Positions 11,573-24,516 of a stretch of 64,000 bases of DNA are shown piece after piece. The DNA is from Octopus vulgaris (Eukaryota): NCBI GenBank assembly GCA_951406725.2, contig OX597833.1:67828001-67892000 (forward strand), in the 5' to 3' direction. The position numbers were made by a program, and so were the translations under genes. Below the pieces are notes generated by a model. The model made no database searches. It was not told the origin of the DNA and worked only from the letters and a program-made list of their open reading frames with translations. Numbering within the stretch: position 1 is the first letter of the stretch; the number at the start of each line of letters is the position of its first letter.

Positions 11573-13094
11573 TCACACTGATGATGATGATGATAATAAT
11601 AATAATGATTATAATTCTCATTTTCCACAGGGGCATCAAATGAAAGGGACCCAAGTACAATTTACATTTAGTAATAATAATAATGGTACCAATATTAATA
11701 ATGTTTTCATTGTTCTTAGTAATCTAGCTGAGTTTGTAAATATTTGAGTATATACTGGTGATGTCGGTAACATCAGGCGGTCGTTGATAAATTGCAGTTA
11801 CAATTTAAATAAATAATTGTATTAGTAGCTATATAGAATTGTCGACAACAGTATTTGCCTGCAGTTGTTTTGATTAGGTGTTGGAGTAGAAAATACACTC
11901 GCAAACAACATAAATAGCAGAGAAACGGTAAATTAAAAAGAAAACAAAAAAAGGAAATCATTTATCGTGTAAGAGACCATGTCAGCTTCATTTAGCGATT
12001 GCTTAATTAACGTTAATTTCTGTTGACAGTGCCACAAATTTGCATGTATGCATGTAGAATGTCGTAAATTTGTGTTACGTGTCTTCTTCACTATTCTAAA
12101 GAGAAAAAAAAAAGAACAGCGGAAAATTTCACAATATTTCGTTGAATTTAATTGTGCATAGAAGTAAACATATTACCGGAACTCAAATGAAAAATAAACA
12201 ATGACAATTAGTATAGTAAAAGCAATAATTTTAAGACGGATCGCAATTATTTCGCTTTAATTCTTTAAATGTTACCTCAGCGATGACATTTTCGCTAAAA
12301 TTCTGATGTTTGAAGAGCGGTTTGTTTTCGTTCTTTAGCTAAAGATCAATTCCGAAAGAGAGAAGAAACATTGATCAAAAGATTTCTATCCACGACCTCT
12401 ACGTCTTGTTTTCAAAACTGGTAACGAGAATATTGGAAAATTGTTCCACATGTAGAATATGAAGCTTCTTAAAGACAAAGAAAAAACCAAAGAAGATCGT
12501 GTCATGACTTGACTTTTCCTTTCTAAAATGTTTCCACAGCGACAATATTGCTGTTAAAATCTTGTCTTAAAAGTCTTAAGTGGCATACGATAAAACGTTC
12601 CAAGAGCCGAGGAGTGTAAGATTTTTATGTCTGAAGTTGTGCTTGTTAATGTAGTTCTGTTTTTTTTTAGGCTGTTGTGTAGACGTAGGTCAATTCTGAG
12701 AGATTAGATTAAAAGATCTTCACGTCAAGAATACGTTTTTTTTCAAGAATCGGGAAGAACACGTTGAAAATTTGTTCACATATACAACAGAGTGCGTGTG
12801 GATGTACGGCACACGCAGACATATACAGACATATACACATACACAAACACACAGAGACGCAGACTCACCCACACATTTTATAAATCACATACAAAAAGTT
12901 ATTATCGATCGGGAATGAGATCAACCCCAGTATTTATTTAGTCGGTTGGTACAGTATTATCGATCTTGGGAAGATGAAAAACAAATTTTATTTGGCTGGA
13001 GATTTGAATTCAGATCTTTATGTGAGGTATCTAAACACTGCCTTGGTTGACGCCATAACTCTACAGACTTTTCCATATAGACTACAGTTTTATA

Positions 13095-13490
13095 TCTTTA
13101 TATATAAGAGAGGTTGTGTGCTGTCTGTCTCCTACGATTTAGATTCCTATTCCCACATTTTGCGGTGCAGTGTAACCAAAAGCGGGTATCTTATAGTCGT
13201 GATTCATATCAAGCCCTTCTGGGTATTAGCGCGCGTCTACAATGAGTCTACGATTTAAAAAAAATTACCATCAATTTTCCCCATATTTTAATGCATTTTT
13301 TTCGCTATTATATAAGGGAAGTAACTCTCTAAAAATGTCTACGATGAGTCAACGATTTAAAAAAAAAATTACCATCATTTTTTTTCCATTTTTAGTGCAA
13401 TTTTTTGCTAATTTTTGGCTATAACTCTCTAAAAATGCTTCTATAGTTATTTCCCTTACAAACCCGAGCAACGCCGGGCGATACTGCTAG
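13095..13490 (+). mobile_element. Non-autonomous Helitron
   Basis: 5' A|TCTTTATATATA; 3' hairpin CCCGAGCAACGCCGGG followed by CGATACTG-CTAG|T. AT target, no TSD, internal ~90-bp duplication. Confidence 0.85.
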
Positions 13491-15362
13491 TTAAATATAA
13501 ACATCGACTCTTTGCCCCGTGGTTTCTTATCCGCCCTGGTCAAATATGCCTTCAATCCTACCAGAATCCAGAAATAAACTGCCAGTCAAATACCAAGGGA
13601 AGAATAATTTAATCAGTTATAAACTTCCCAGTCACTACTCAGATTTGTGACCTTTTATAAATTTTCGAAAATAATTTTATATTTATTTTGAAGTTTTTTA
13701 CGCTTATTTCTACAGTTCAGAGCCAACACTGACTTGGGTTGAAAAACTTAAGAGATAATCTTATAAACGAGAACATGGCATTGTTAACACAAAAACAAGG
13801 CACACTAATTGGGTTATTCTTTTACTTGTTTCAGCAAGGCCACTGCGGTCATGCTGGGGCATCTTTAATGTAGTTGATTGTATATTAAGTTTGCGAAACG
13901 AAATACTGTATTGTTCCTCGTAATCAAATATGGAAGTAGGCATATGGAATGGATAAATAACAGCGTATACAATACGAAATTATTTATGATTACATATTGT
14001 AAAATAATAGGAAAAACAAAAGAATAAATTATTATCTTATGAACTGCATTAGCTTGCAACTGTTTCTGCTAAAAGATGCAGCTGACGCAGAGTTGAGCAC
14101 AGGAATAACACCTTATATCTTCATCGGAGCCTCACATATGAAGTACAACTTATGAATCTTATATTGCTGAACCGCTACGCTACGTGGATGTAAACAGATC
14201 AGAGCTGGTAGTGAAGCGCCGGAGAGAGAAACAACACCCCACTACGCACATGTACTCGCGCACGAATGGTTATATCCTGTTCGAATATGCTTGGTGCCAT
14301 TCAATGTGTTTTGTCTTTCTCGCTGAAGAGAAATGGAAACTGTGTGGAACCCCATTGTGTGTGTGTGTGTGTGTATATATATACATACATACAAAAGTGT
14401 GTGTGTGCGTATATATATATATATATATTATATAGAGGGCATTATTACACATAGATGCCACTCGCTAGGAGAGACTCTTAAAGTCAAAACTACTAAAATA
14501 AACACGTGTAATAGTGCTCTCTATATAATATAAAAAAATATATTTAAAGGAAAAAATTGATGTTTTTTTCTCTTATGAGGTTGTTCACACTAACTACTTG
14601 ATAAATTCTTATGAAGATTTTATCCTATTTTAAAATTATATATATACATACACATACATACACACAACAGTTTACTCACAAGTATGAGAAGATACGCTTC
14701 TCTCAGGTGTCGTGCAGTTCAACCGAACTCGAAGCAACCAGATCGCAAAGCGAGCTTTTTAACCGCACACCCTTATATAAGAAAAAAATAAATAAGAAAG
14801 AAAACCTGGTAATCCTTGACGATAGCGAAGCTTTTCCTGCAAGCCTATCCAATACCTGAGATTTAGCATATCGTAGTAAAGTAATCAGGTTTTACATGTT
14901 GTACATATGCATAAGCAGAAGAACGTGCAACGGGATATCTCAAAGAACATCTGCTTTCAACCAATACAATATACGAATAAAATAACGAAATAAAATATAC
15001 ATAAAAACCCAGAAAACATTCGCTATTATACGAAACAGAAGATTACATTTAAAAATACAAAAAATACAAAAATAAAAATGAAAGTAAAAATCGCAAGGAA
15101 TTAAATAAAAGTTTGCAATGGTTCTAGATGGTTCTTTAGGAGGGTTATTAGTTTCAGTGACATCGAATATGTCAGTATGTACTTTTAGAGTTTTCGCGTT
15201 TCATGATGGTACGCAGAAATGGTGAAGCCATGAACAGGTTCAGCTGTTGGCAAGATTTGAAGAGATGAGTGAAACCTGATAACAATGCAACTGTTAGCTA
15301 AATGCAGAAGAAAGAGTAGTTTTAGAAAAAGCCGAACAAAGAACCAAAGAAAAATAATAATG

Positions 15363-15393
<31 letters not shown>

Positions 15394-15581
15394 GTTGTTG
15401 AAAAATTATAAGTTTCCACAAGGTGTAGTTTCGAAAATTAGGCGACGCAACTTTACACTTATAAAAGGAACACCTTAGTAGTAAAACATACGCACACACA
15501 CACACACTCTTATGCTTACAAAAATATATACACGCATAAACACGAACGCTCGTTTACACATAGACATAAGCATCCTCACGC

Positions 15582-15644
<63 letters not shown>

Positions 15645-15804
15645 AATGAAGAGAGAAATATTTCTAATTAACCTAATTGCAGAAAGGATCGCAGTGGAGG
15701 TGAGAGTTCTTTACTGCTTCTATATACACAATGTGTTCGCGTGTGTGTATGTATATATATATATATATATATATATACTCAAAATAAGCAACAAGAATAA
15801 CTCC

Positions 15805-15900
15805 GGTAATTTGGTACGATCGTTTCGCACTACATCATTTTATTAAATGTTGTACGTATTACAACAGTTTTAAATGCTGAGTACTCATCAGCAATTAATA
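15805..15900 (-). ncRNA. Hammerhead ribozyme motif (type I, long stem II, palindromic minimal stem III)
   Basis: Minus strand: CUGAUGA (15891-15885), GUACU...AGUGC stem II, GAAA (15826-15823), C-GAUC-G, GUA triplet (15817-15815). Stem I is imperfect. Confidence 0.6.
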
Positions 15901-15950
15901 TAGGTTTTCCATTAATAGAAATTCTTTTAAATCAAGTGGTAACATTATAA

Positions 15951-15990
<40 letters not shown>

Positions 15991-16179
15991 CATATTTCTT
16001 CTGAATATGTAAATGTGTATAGAATAATATCAGTTAAGTAAAGTTAAACAGGTTCTGGTTTTCACGTTTGTTATTATTGTATTTAAAAAAAAAATTTAGC
16101 TTTTATTGTAAAAGTACAATAATAATCAAGAGCAATCGGAGAGCGCAAACTTCCGCCAAGGCTACACCAACGCCCTAAT

Positions 16180-17500
16180 CTTTTCATTACCCACCAAGGG
16201 GCAAACACAGAGGGGACAATACATTACATGTGGGGACAACGTATGAGAAACATGAAATGACAAATAATATAATGAATCTACTCGGTCCCACTCCGAGTAA
16301 CTTTATTTTTACCTTTAACTCTTTTTATACTTTGTTCCCGCTAAAATATCTACTCCATATTTTTCCAACAAATTTTCATAATACGAATGGTCTCGCAGTA
16401 TGTCCCTATCTAATTCCACTTCCCAAACCATAAATCCACTTTTATATCTAAATATTTTCTCCTTTTGTTCATCTGTAGGAAATACACAAAACAATGCCAG
16501 TTTTTAATGTTATCATAACCTATTGTTCCTACTGATTTGCAATCTTCCCAAGATCGTATCTCTCTACACAATTTTTCGTTTGAATCGGCATACATAATAA
16601 TTGTACATTTTTTTCTTTTTTGTCTGGGAGGAGGGAATTTGAGAACTTTTGTAAGTTTTTCCTGTATTAGAGGGAGATGAGAATGTTTGGTGCCTGTAGG
16701 GGCAGGGCAGGATAAAGAGGGTGTGGGTGGTTGTGGGCTGGTTATGAGGACTTTTTTCTTTTGCATCTTTTATCGATAGTTTCTCATTCAATGTCCTTTA
16801 CTTCTGCTAGTTTTTTTTCTTCTTCCCTATTCACTTGCTCCTCCTGTGGTTCCTTTTCCTGGCTCTCCTCCATCTTTTTGGTCGGTGAAGGGCAGTCCGC
16901 TCTGATGGGACCCTTTAGGCCACGTTTAAAGCATCGAGCGATTCTGCATTCCACCTTCACTCTCGACACCATGTCCTCAATTGTAACAATCTCTGTCATG
17001 TTTTCCAAATTTTCTTGTGATCCCTGAATGGGCACATCTAACGTTTGTCCTCTCCAATTGGTATTTTCAATCATAGTGGCCGGGAAGTCTGCTATTTCAT
17101 CCTCGTTACCGAGTACAGCAGCCGCCACCCAAACCACATCAATTTCAGGTGGTATCCCTTCTACCCTAACACTGGAAGCTCGTCTTCCAAGGTATGTGGG
17201 TAGATGTACCACACTATCAGTTTGTAAAGGAGTTGCCGAGTTTCTGTCTTGCCTTGGCTGCCTCTCTGAAGCGAATCTTCACTGTACCAAACTTACCTCT
17301 CTTGGCAAGATATGTAATATTTTGCCAGATAAGTTTCAAAGCTTTCTCTAGTTTATCTGTTGGCATAATTTTAATTTTCTTCACTTCTGTAGAATAAAGT
17401 TTATAAATGTCTTTCTGTTTTACCTTAAACTCAAGGATTATTTAATACTAATTGTATTAAACGCATTTTTGCTTTCAAGAATAGTTTTGCCAATGACTGC
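16180..17500 (-). mobile_element. Internally deleted L1/Tx1-like non-LTR retroelement: ORF1 remnant plus 3' tail
   Basis: ORF 17212-16784 contains SVRVEGIPPEI and a degenerate CCHC knuckle CFKRGLKGPIRADC. A LINE-like 3' tail lies at 16260-16180. No ORF2 seen. Boundaries approximate. Confidence 0.6.
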
Positions 17501-18514
17501 AAAGTTTCGGCCTACAACACTTAATCAGACTTGTGTGTGTGTGTATGTAAGCATACATTACTCTTTCTGTATATTTTATAGTTACATACTCTATTTTTAT
17601 TCACAATGCAGAAGTCAGTTTTCTAAGCGACCTCTTTGTAAGTCTGCGTGGTGAGACAACGAGACGACCTTGTAAAGCAATGTTACGTTTCTTCTTGTCC
17701 TGCTTTCTTACTTGGTTGCTGTAAGTCTAGCTCATTCATTGGATAAAACACCCCATTGAACCTCCATGTGTTCCTTTTATTGAATCGATAGTTTCTTCTC
17801 ATTAGCTTGAAGTAAAACAACTCATTTAATTATCTCTACCTCTTCTACCAAATGCTTATCAAAATACCTATTTTTTTCCCGACTTGAAGTATTTTAATTT
17901 TAGATAATTAGAATGATGAATGTATCGAGCATTTAATAAAATTTTCCGTGCAGTTTTTAGCTGCATTCTTAATATTATGATTGTAAATACACTTAACCTC
18001 ACCCCGAATATATAAACCTCGGTTTCTTTCATCTTTCGGCAATCGATCGAATAAGTACAAATCAATTTGAGGAGCCGATAGAAACAACTTTGTGAGTCAA
18101 TCCCAATAAATGATGCCGAGCCAATTTTGAAATGAATATTTTATCCCGTAGGAATCTTGCTTTGATCTTCATAATTTTGTCGATATGCGAAACGTTTGAT
18201 ATGACACTGCCTTACAAACCATGCGCTAGACATGGCTTCAAAATATGAAAAGAACCAACGGGTAATGGCAGACGTAGTACCCCTTAGCTAATTAGCTCCA
18301 CTATTTCTATTACTATTAATCTTTGAAATAAATTGCATATCATCGGGCTAGTGGTGTGGTGGGGTGGTCTCTTGTTATTGTATATGTTGTTGCTTAGATT
18401 TATTCCTGTCATGGTCGAGTACCGAAATGCAGTTGAACACAGAGTTCCAAGAAATCGACTAAGCTTTTCTCGACAAAATTTCGGACATTTTTGTCTTTTG
18501 TAGAAAGAGCGGTT

Positions 18515-18838
18515 ATTCTTTTCTACTCTAGACACAAAGCCCGAAATCTTTGAGGAGGGAACCAGTCGATTAGATCGACCCAGTACCCAAGTGGTACTTA
18601 ATTTATCGACGCCGAAATGATGAAAAGCAATGTCGACCTCGGCAGAATTTGAACTCAGAACATAAAGATACATACATATATACGACGGGCTTCTTTCAGT
18701 TTCCGTCTACCAAATCCACTCGCAAGGCTTTGGACGGTCCAAGGTTATAGTAGAAGATACTTGCCCAAGGTGCCACGCGATGGGACTGAACCCGGAGCCA
18801 TGTGGTTGGTAAGCAAGCTACTTATCACACAGCCACTC
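18515..18838 (-). mobile_element. Family B SINE fragment (18515-18665) plus family A SINE 5' half (18682-18838)
   Basis: Both family motifs present in reverse complement; followed by (TTA)n. Confidence 0.85.
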
Positions 18839-18842
18839 TTAC

Positions 18843-18904
<62 letters not shown>

Positions 18905-19100
18905 TTCAATTCCTGTTGTAAACTCTCAGTGCCAAATTATCCGCTCGTCTGCGTGCATTGCATAGATGCAGAAGTTTTCTTTGGTTTTCTGTGACTTGAA
19001 TATGAAATTGTACTGGGAATATATTTTGCATAAGGCTTGTCGTATATATTTTTTTCCCTCTATTTTACCTATGTATATAGACAGCTAAATATGTACAATG

Positions 19101-19143
<43 letters not shown>

Positions 19144-19189
19144 CTCTATGTAGACTGATTTGTGGTTTTGTGTGTGTATATATGTATAT

Positions 19190-19434
19190 ATGTTAGTATA
19201 TATTTATATATATATCTGAGTAGGCAAGTTTGTAGGTGTATATATATGTGTGTGTGTATATGTGTGTATATATGTGTAGGTGTGTGTATATATGTGTAGG
19301 TGTGTGTGTATATATGTGTAGGTGTGTGTATGTGTGTGTGTATATATGTGTAGGTGTGTGTATGTGTGTGTGTGTATGTGTGTGTGTATATATGTGTGTG
19401 TATATATGTGTAGGTGTGTGTATATATATGTGTG

Positions 19435-19465
<31 letters not shown>

Positions 19466-19500
19466 ATATATGTGTATGTATATATATATGTCTGTGTGTG
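19190..19500. repeat. Compound (TG)n/(TA)n microsatellite with ~18-bp TATATGTGTAGGTGTGTG units
   Basis: Directly visible. Confidence 0.9.
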
Positions 19501-20481
19501 CAAGAATATATATAAGTATGTGTCAATAGGTGTCTAAATTGTGCAATGCTGCTTATGTGTTTGTCTGCATCGTATATTTTTCGTACCATTCCCCAGACAC
19601 CTATTAATATTTCCAGGATTATTCCTATATTTAATCTCCACATCGTAGATACATAACTACATTCCCGTTTTTTTCTTTCTTTCTTTCATTTTTATTCCCG
19701 TATTCTCTTCAGAATATTTGTTTCCTTTTATTTTTGTTTCTTTTATCCGCCCCACTACCCTTACATTACATTATGTCTAATCTTTGATTACGATATATTT
19801 TTGTTTTGTTTTCCCCCCGATGGTCTGTCAGAAAAAACAAAACGCGTGGGCGACATATTTAATCTCCAAGTTTGAGTGATTTCGCATGTCTCCTCGTATT
19901 ATCCCCGTTGTCGCTCTCAGAGACCTCTTGTGGCGAATGCATGTACCATATCTTTACCATGGGGCTGATGCAATAACGGCGCATTGGCCAGTTTACGCAA
20001 CAACCAAACTTTGTTATGTCTGTTTATATATTCTCTTTTGGGTAAGACTAGGAAAGCAGAGACATTCTGTAGCTCCGCTTTTTTTTTATTTACATCCTCC
20101 GGTTTCTTTTTCTAGTTCCTGTGTTTCTTTCGTTGTTTATTTTAACAACTCACAGAATCCGTTACCTTTGCTTCTGTTTCATAACTCTTAGCTTCCTTTC
20201 CAACCAAAACGATTAGCGGTATTTATTTGCGTTTCATTTTTTTTCTGTTCTGTAATAATTGTATCTACGTTTCATTGGTCTATAGTTAACACGTTCGTTT
20301 CACGCTCACGCTGGCCCGTGTTCGAGAACGCTGCGAGGTAGCATAACTAATTACCTTCTATTGTAAACAATAACTTGAAATTAGAAACCGGCGTAAAAAA
20401 AGCGTGAAAATATGTCGGATATGTGTGTGTGTGTGTGCCTGTGACAAAAACACCTGAGATTATCCATATTATTGTGTTTAA

Positions 20482-20537
<56 letters not shown>

Positions 20538-20539
20538 TC

Positions 20540-20900
20540 TTACTCTTTTACTTGTTTCAGTCATTTGACTGCGGTCATGCTGCATCACCGCCTTTGGTTG
20601 AGCAAATCAACCCCAGTACTTATTTTTTGTAAGCCTAATACTTATTCTATCGGTCTCTTTTGCCGAACCCCTAAGTTACGGGGACCTAAACCCACCAGCA
20701 TCGGTTGTCAAGCGATGGGTGGGGTGACAAACACAGACACACAAACACACATATATATACATATGTATATATATTCTTTCAGTTTCCGTTTACCAAATCC
20801 ACTCACAAGGCTTTGGTCGGCCCGAGGCTATTGTAGAAGACAGTACCCCAAGGTGCCATGCGGTTGGAAAGCAAACTTCTTACCAGACAGCCACGCCTCC
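20540..20900 (-). mobile_element. Family A SINE
   Basis: Reverse-complement match from tail to head, with small deletions. Confidence 0.88.
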
Positions 20901-21108
20901 ACCAATACACACGCACGCACACAAACAATTAAAATTTCTTTATGTAATTAATAAAAATGAATGCTTTTACCCGCTACAAATTGATTCTTGTAACTCAAAC
21001 ACAGAGATACACCTAAGAATGAGCGTGTATGTTTCTACATACATGTTATGTACATAAAGATGTTTATTCCTATATATATACCTACTCATGTATCCATGCG
21101 TTCGTATG

Positions 21109-21172
<64 letters not shown>

Positions 21173-21944
21173 TACACACGCACACATGTATATCATATCA
21201 GTGTGTGTGTGTTTGTTTATCTCTTCCCCTCCGCTATCTCTCTCTCTCGTTTTCTCTTCCTCTCTGCGGTGTTAGTCTCAGAGCAATTAGGGCTTAGAAC
21301 AACAAACCCCCATCGGAACGATTTAGAAGATAAAGTAAGCAGATGCGAGAACTTTCTCAGAGGCCGAACGAATTAAAACTAATTCTACAATGAATAACAT
21401 TTACTGTTTCCGTTCAACCAACACACATCCCCTTACACTCCATATTCAACGCATATCCCTTACATACGTGCAAGCACACACACACACACCGACATATCCG
21501 CAAACAGTTACATGTACCCGCGTAATTTTGTAAATATATAAGTCTGTGCGTTTATACACGTATGCATATATGGTGGTTGTCTTACTCCTTATGCAGAGTT
21601 TGACCACTTCTTGTACCTACAGCTTAGATCCATCATGGCGTCTGATGTGACTTTCCAAACCAGACAATGTATTGAAAAGTCACCCAAGTAGATTGCATAT
21701 TTAATTTGGACCTCCAAGATCTGCAGTTATGTTCTAATCGTTGTGGATCTTAAAATGTCTTTTGAGGCCTCAGTTAGATTTGCAGATATTATGGCATTCA
21801 CGGCATTGAAACAGGTGTACAGATATATAGGCAGAATAGTTAGTAGAGGTTCGTTTTTCATGGGTCCGCAAATAAGATTTGAGCCCAGCGAAAGAAAGGC
21901 ATATATATATATATATATGTGTGTGTGCCTAACATTGTTAATAT

Positions 21945-22158
21945 AAGGATTTCAAATTTAGGGTGAAGGTCAGCAAGGTTATGGACAAAGTGAAGTCGAT
22001 AATATCAACCCCTGTGTTCGAATGGTATTCATTTTATGGACACCGAAATGAATAAAAGCAAAGTTGACCGGCGGAATTCGATATCTGTACGTAAAGATGG
22101 AGAAAATACTGCAAATTATTTTGCTCGGCATGGTAGCGATTCTGCCAGGTAACCGCCG
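21945..22158 (-). mobile_element. Diverged family B SINE
   Basis: AATAAAAGCAAAGTTGACCGGCGGAATTCGA...TTCTGCCAGGTAACCGCC. Confidence 0.65.
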
Positions 22159-22360
22159 TAGACATTGTAAATATGATGTGAGGAGGGTTTGGCTTGTTAG
22201 AGAGAGAGAGAGAGAATAAGATATGGATTCATAGAATCGTGTTATCACAGTAGGGCCCTTCAAACGATTACGGCTATCAGACCACACAGTAATGCAGTAC
22301 ATAGAAGTGCAATGTAGATTGTCCACGCACTTGAGACCCCGAACATCCGATCAATGTAAT

Positions 22361-22495
22361 TACTTGACGAGGAATACATAAACCATAAAATGTCAGGAAG
22401 TATGAGAGATATATTTATTTAACCACTTGACGTGCTTAGGATTAAAGCTGTAATCATGAGGATGTCAAGTGGTTAAATATATTCGTCTCTGATAC
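22361..22495 (+). other. Decayed HHR-like motif followed by a fold-back hairpin
   Basis: TACT-TGACGA-GGAATACAT-AAAC...GTC-AGGAAGTA, then perfect 16-bp arms at 22416-22431 and 22464-22479 with further imperfect pairing. Confidence 0.45.
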
Positions 22496-22520
22496 ATTGA
22501 GTTTTTTATGATTGAAACAA

Positions 22521-22553
<33 letters not shown>

Positions 22554-22705
22554 ATTAAATTGAACTTATATAAGTGTCAAGCTTATTGTATTACTATAGT
22601 TGGGTGAGTTTAAATAGCTTGTCCTTGGTAATCGAGAACATGAAACTTATTGCTGGATTAGGCATTCGGTGTATATAAAATAGAATCTGTGTATGTGTGT
22701 GTATC

Positions 22706-22768
<63 letters not shown>

Positions 22769-23063
22769 TGGCTAACGTCTTTAAATAAGAGTTTTTGACC
22801 TCAGCTATTCCACTAACAATATACTTTGAATCGACTAAAGGTCATGCTCCAGCATGACCACTGTCAAATGACTGAAACAAGTACAAGAGAAAAGTAATAT
22901 GTACTGCTGTGCATCTTAAAGTAAGCTTCTTTCGGATTAAATTTTTTTACAAACGACACACACAGACATATATATACACACACATGTGTACAGACAAACA
23001 CACACATGTATATATATACACGTGTGTGTGTATACATATATATATATATATATATATACATAC

Positions 23064-23235
23064 AGGCGCAGGAGTGGCTGTGTGGTAAGTAGCTTGCTAA
23101 CCAACCACATGTTTCTGGGTTCAGTCCCACTGCGTGGCATCTTGGGCAAGTGTCTTCTGCTATAGCCCCGGGCCGACCAATGCCTTTTGAGTGGATTTGG
23201 TAGACGGAAACTGAAAGAAGCCTGTCGTATATATG

Positions 23236-23266
<31 letters not shown>

Positions 23267-23475
23267 TTGTGTGTTTGTGTTTGTCCCCCTAGCATTGCTT
23301 GACGACCGATACTGGTGTGTTTACGTTCCCGTCACTTAGCGGTTCGGCAAAAGAGACCGATAGAATAAGTACTGGGCTTACAAAGAATAAGTCCCGGGGT
23401 CGATTTGCTCGACTAAAGGCGGTGCTCCAGCATGGCCGCAGTCAAATGACTGAAACAAATAAAAGAGAAAGAGAA
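23064..23475 (+). mobile_element. Family A SINE, full length, young
   Basis: Complete, and nearly identical to 1-393 and 53400-53825. Confidence 0.93.
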
Positions 23476-23482
23476 TACACAC

Positions 23483-23530
<48 letters not shown>

Positions 23531-23725
23531 TACGTGTATAGACATCGAAAATTACATATGCATAGATAGAGAGCATTATAAAGAGAACGTGTATTGAGCA
23601 GTGAAGCAAGAAGACGTGGACCGACGCTTAAGCCGAGACCTGTCTGCTGTCTCTATGCCGGCGAATTAGAATCGATGAACGGCTGATAGACATCGGTGAA
23701 AGACCGAGACATGGCAGTTAATTAC

Positions 23726-23854
23726 CGCAATAGCACATGCTATCTTCCTTCTTCTTCTTCGTAGCATTGATCTTTACACTTGTACAGCGGAAAACTCGTT
23801 TAGTCGTATTCTCTGTCAAAGCCGACGGCAAGTAATTAGACTTGCATATATTAA
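23726..23854 (-). CDS. Weak candidate exon (VNICKSNYLPSALTENTTKRVFRCTSVKINATKKKKEDSMCYC)
   Basis: Acceptor CTATCTGTTTGCAAG|, donor GCG|GTAATT, 129 nt, phase 1/1, two N-glycosylation sequons. No homology recognised. Confidence 0.25.
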
Positions 23855-24236
23855 CTTGCAAACAGATAGGTATGTAAACTCGGACCGACATATGAACTCT
23901 CATAAACATTACAGGGCATTCATACCTACGCTTTAAGATATGCTATATATATATATATGTAATATATATATATATATATATGTACATTTGTGTCGGCATC
24001 TAAATATGTATAGTTTTAGAAATCTAATCTCTCTGTTTCACAGTTTTCCATGATTCTCTCTCTCTCTCTAATCTTTCTCTCCAATCTCTCCCTATCTCTC
24101 TCTCCAGCGTCTCTGTCTCTCCCCCTCACCAGCCTTTCTCTCCCCAGTCTCTGTGTGTCTCTCTCTCTCTCTCTAGTTTCTCTTCTCTCAGACTTGCTCT
24201 TTATCCTCTCTTCTAACTACCTACACGACTCCTGAT

Positions 24237-24285
<49 letters not shown>

Positions 24286-24290
<5 letters not shown>

Positions 24291-24439
24291 CTCTCCTTGT
24301 TTCTCTCCTTGTTTTTTTCTGTAGAAGAGCGTAGGGCCGAAACGTAAAAGAAATTTTCTATTCCTAAGCGTTATACTAATACATCTGTTTGTTTTGTACA
24401 CCACCTATCTTCGTCTTTTGTTTTTTTCGTAAACTCTCC

Positions 24440-24441
<2 letters not shown>
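24286..24441 (+). mobile_element. Minimal-HHR element (Penelope pLTR-like)
   Basis: TTTT-CTGTAGA-A-GAGCGTAGGGCC-GAAACGTA-AAAG plus a conserved downstream tail; flanked by (TA)n and (CA)n. Confidence 0.6.

Positions 24442-24513
<72 letters not shown>

Positions 24514-24516
<3 letters not shown>

Noticed and set aside
15180-15300. Possible minus-strand exon with a good acceptor (TTTCTTCTGCATTTAG)
   Set aside because: Weak donor, two competing short frames and no link to the other exons.
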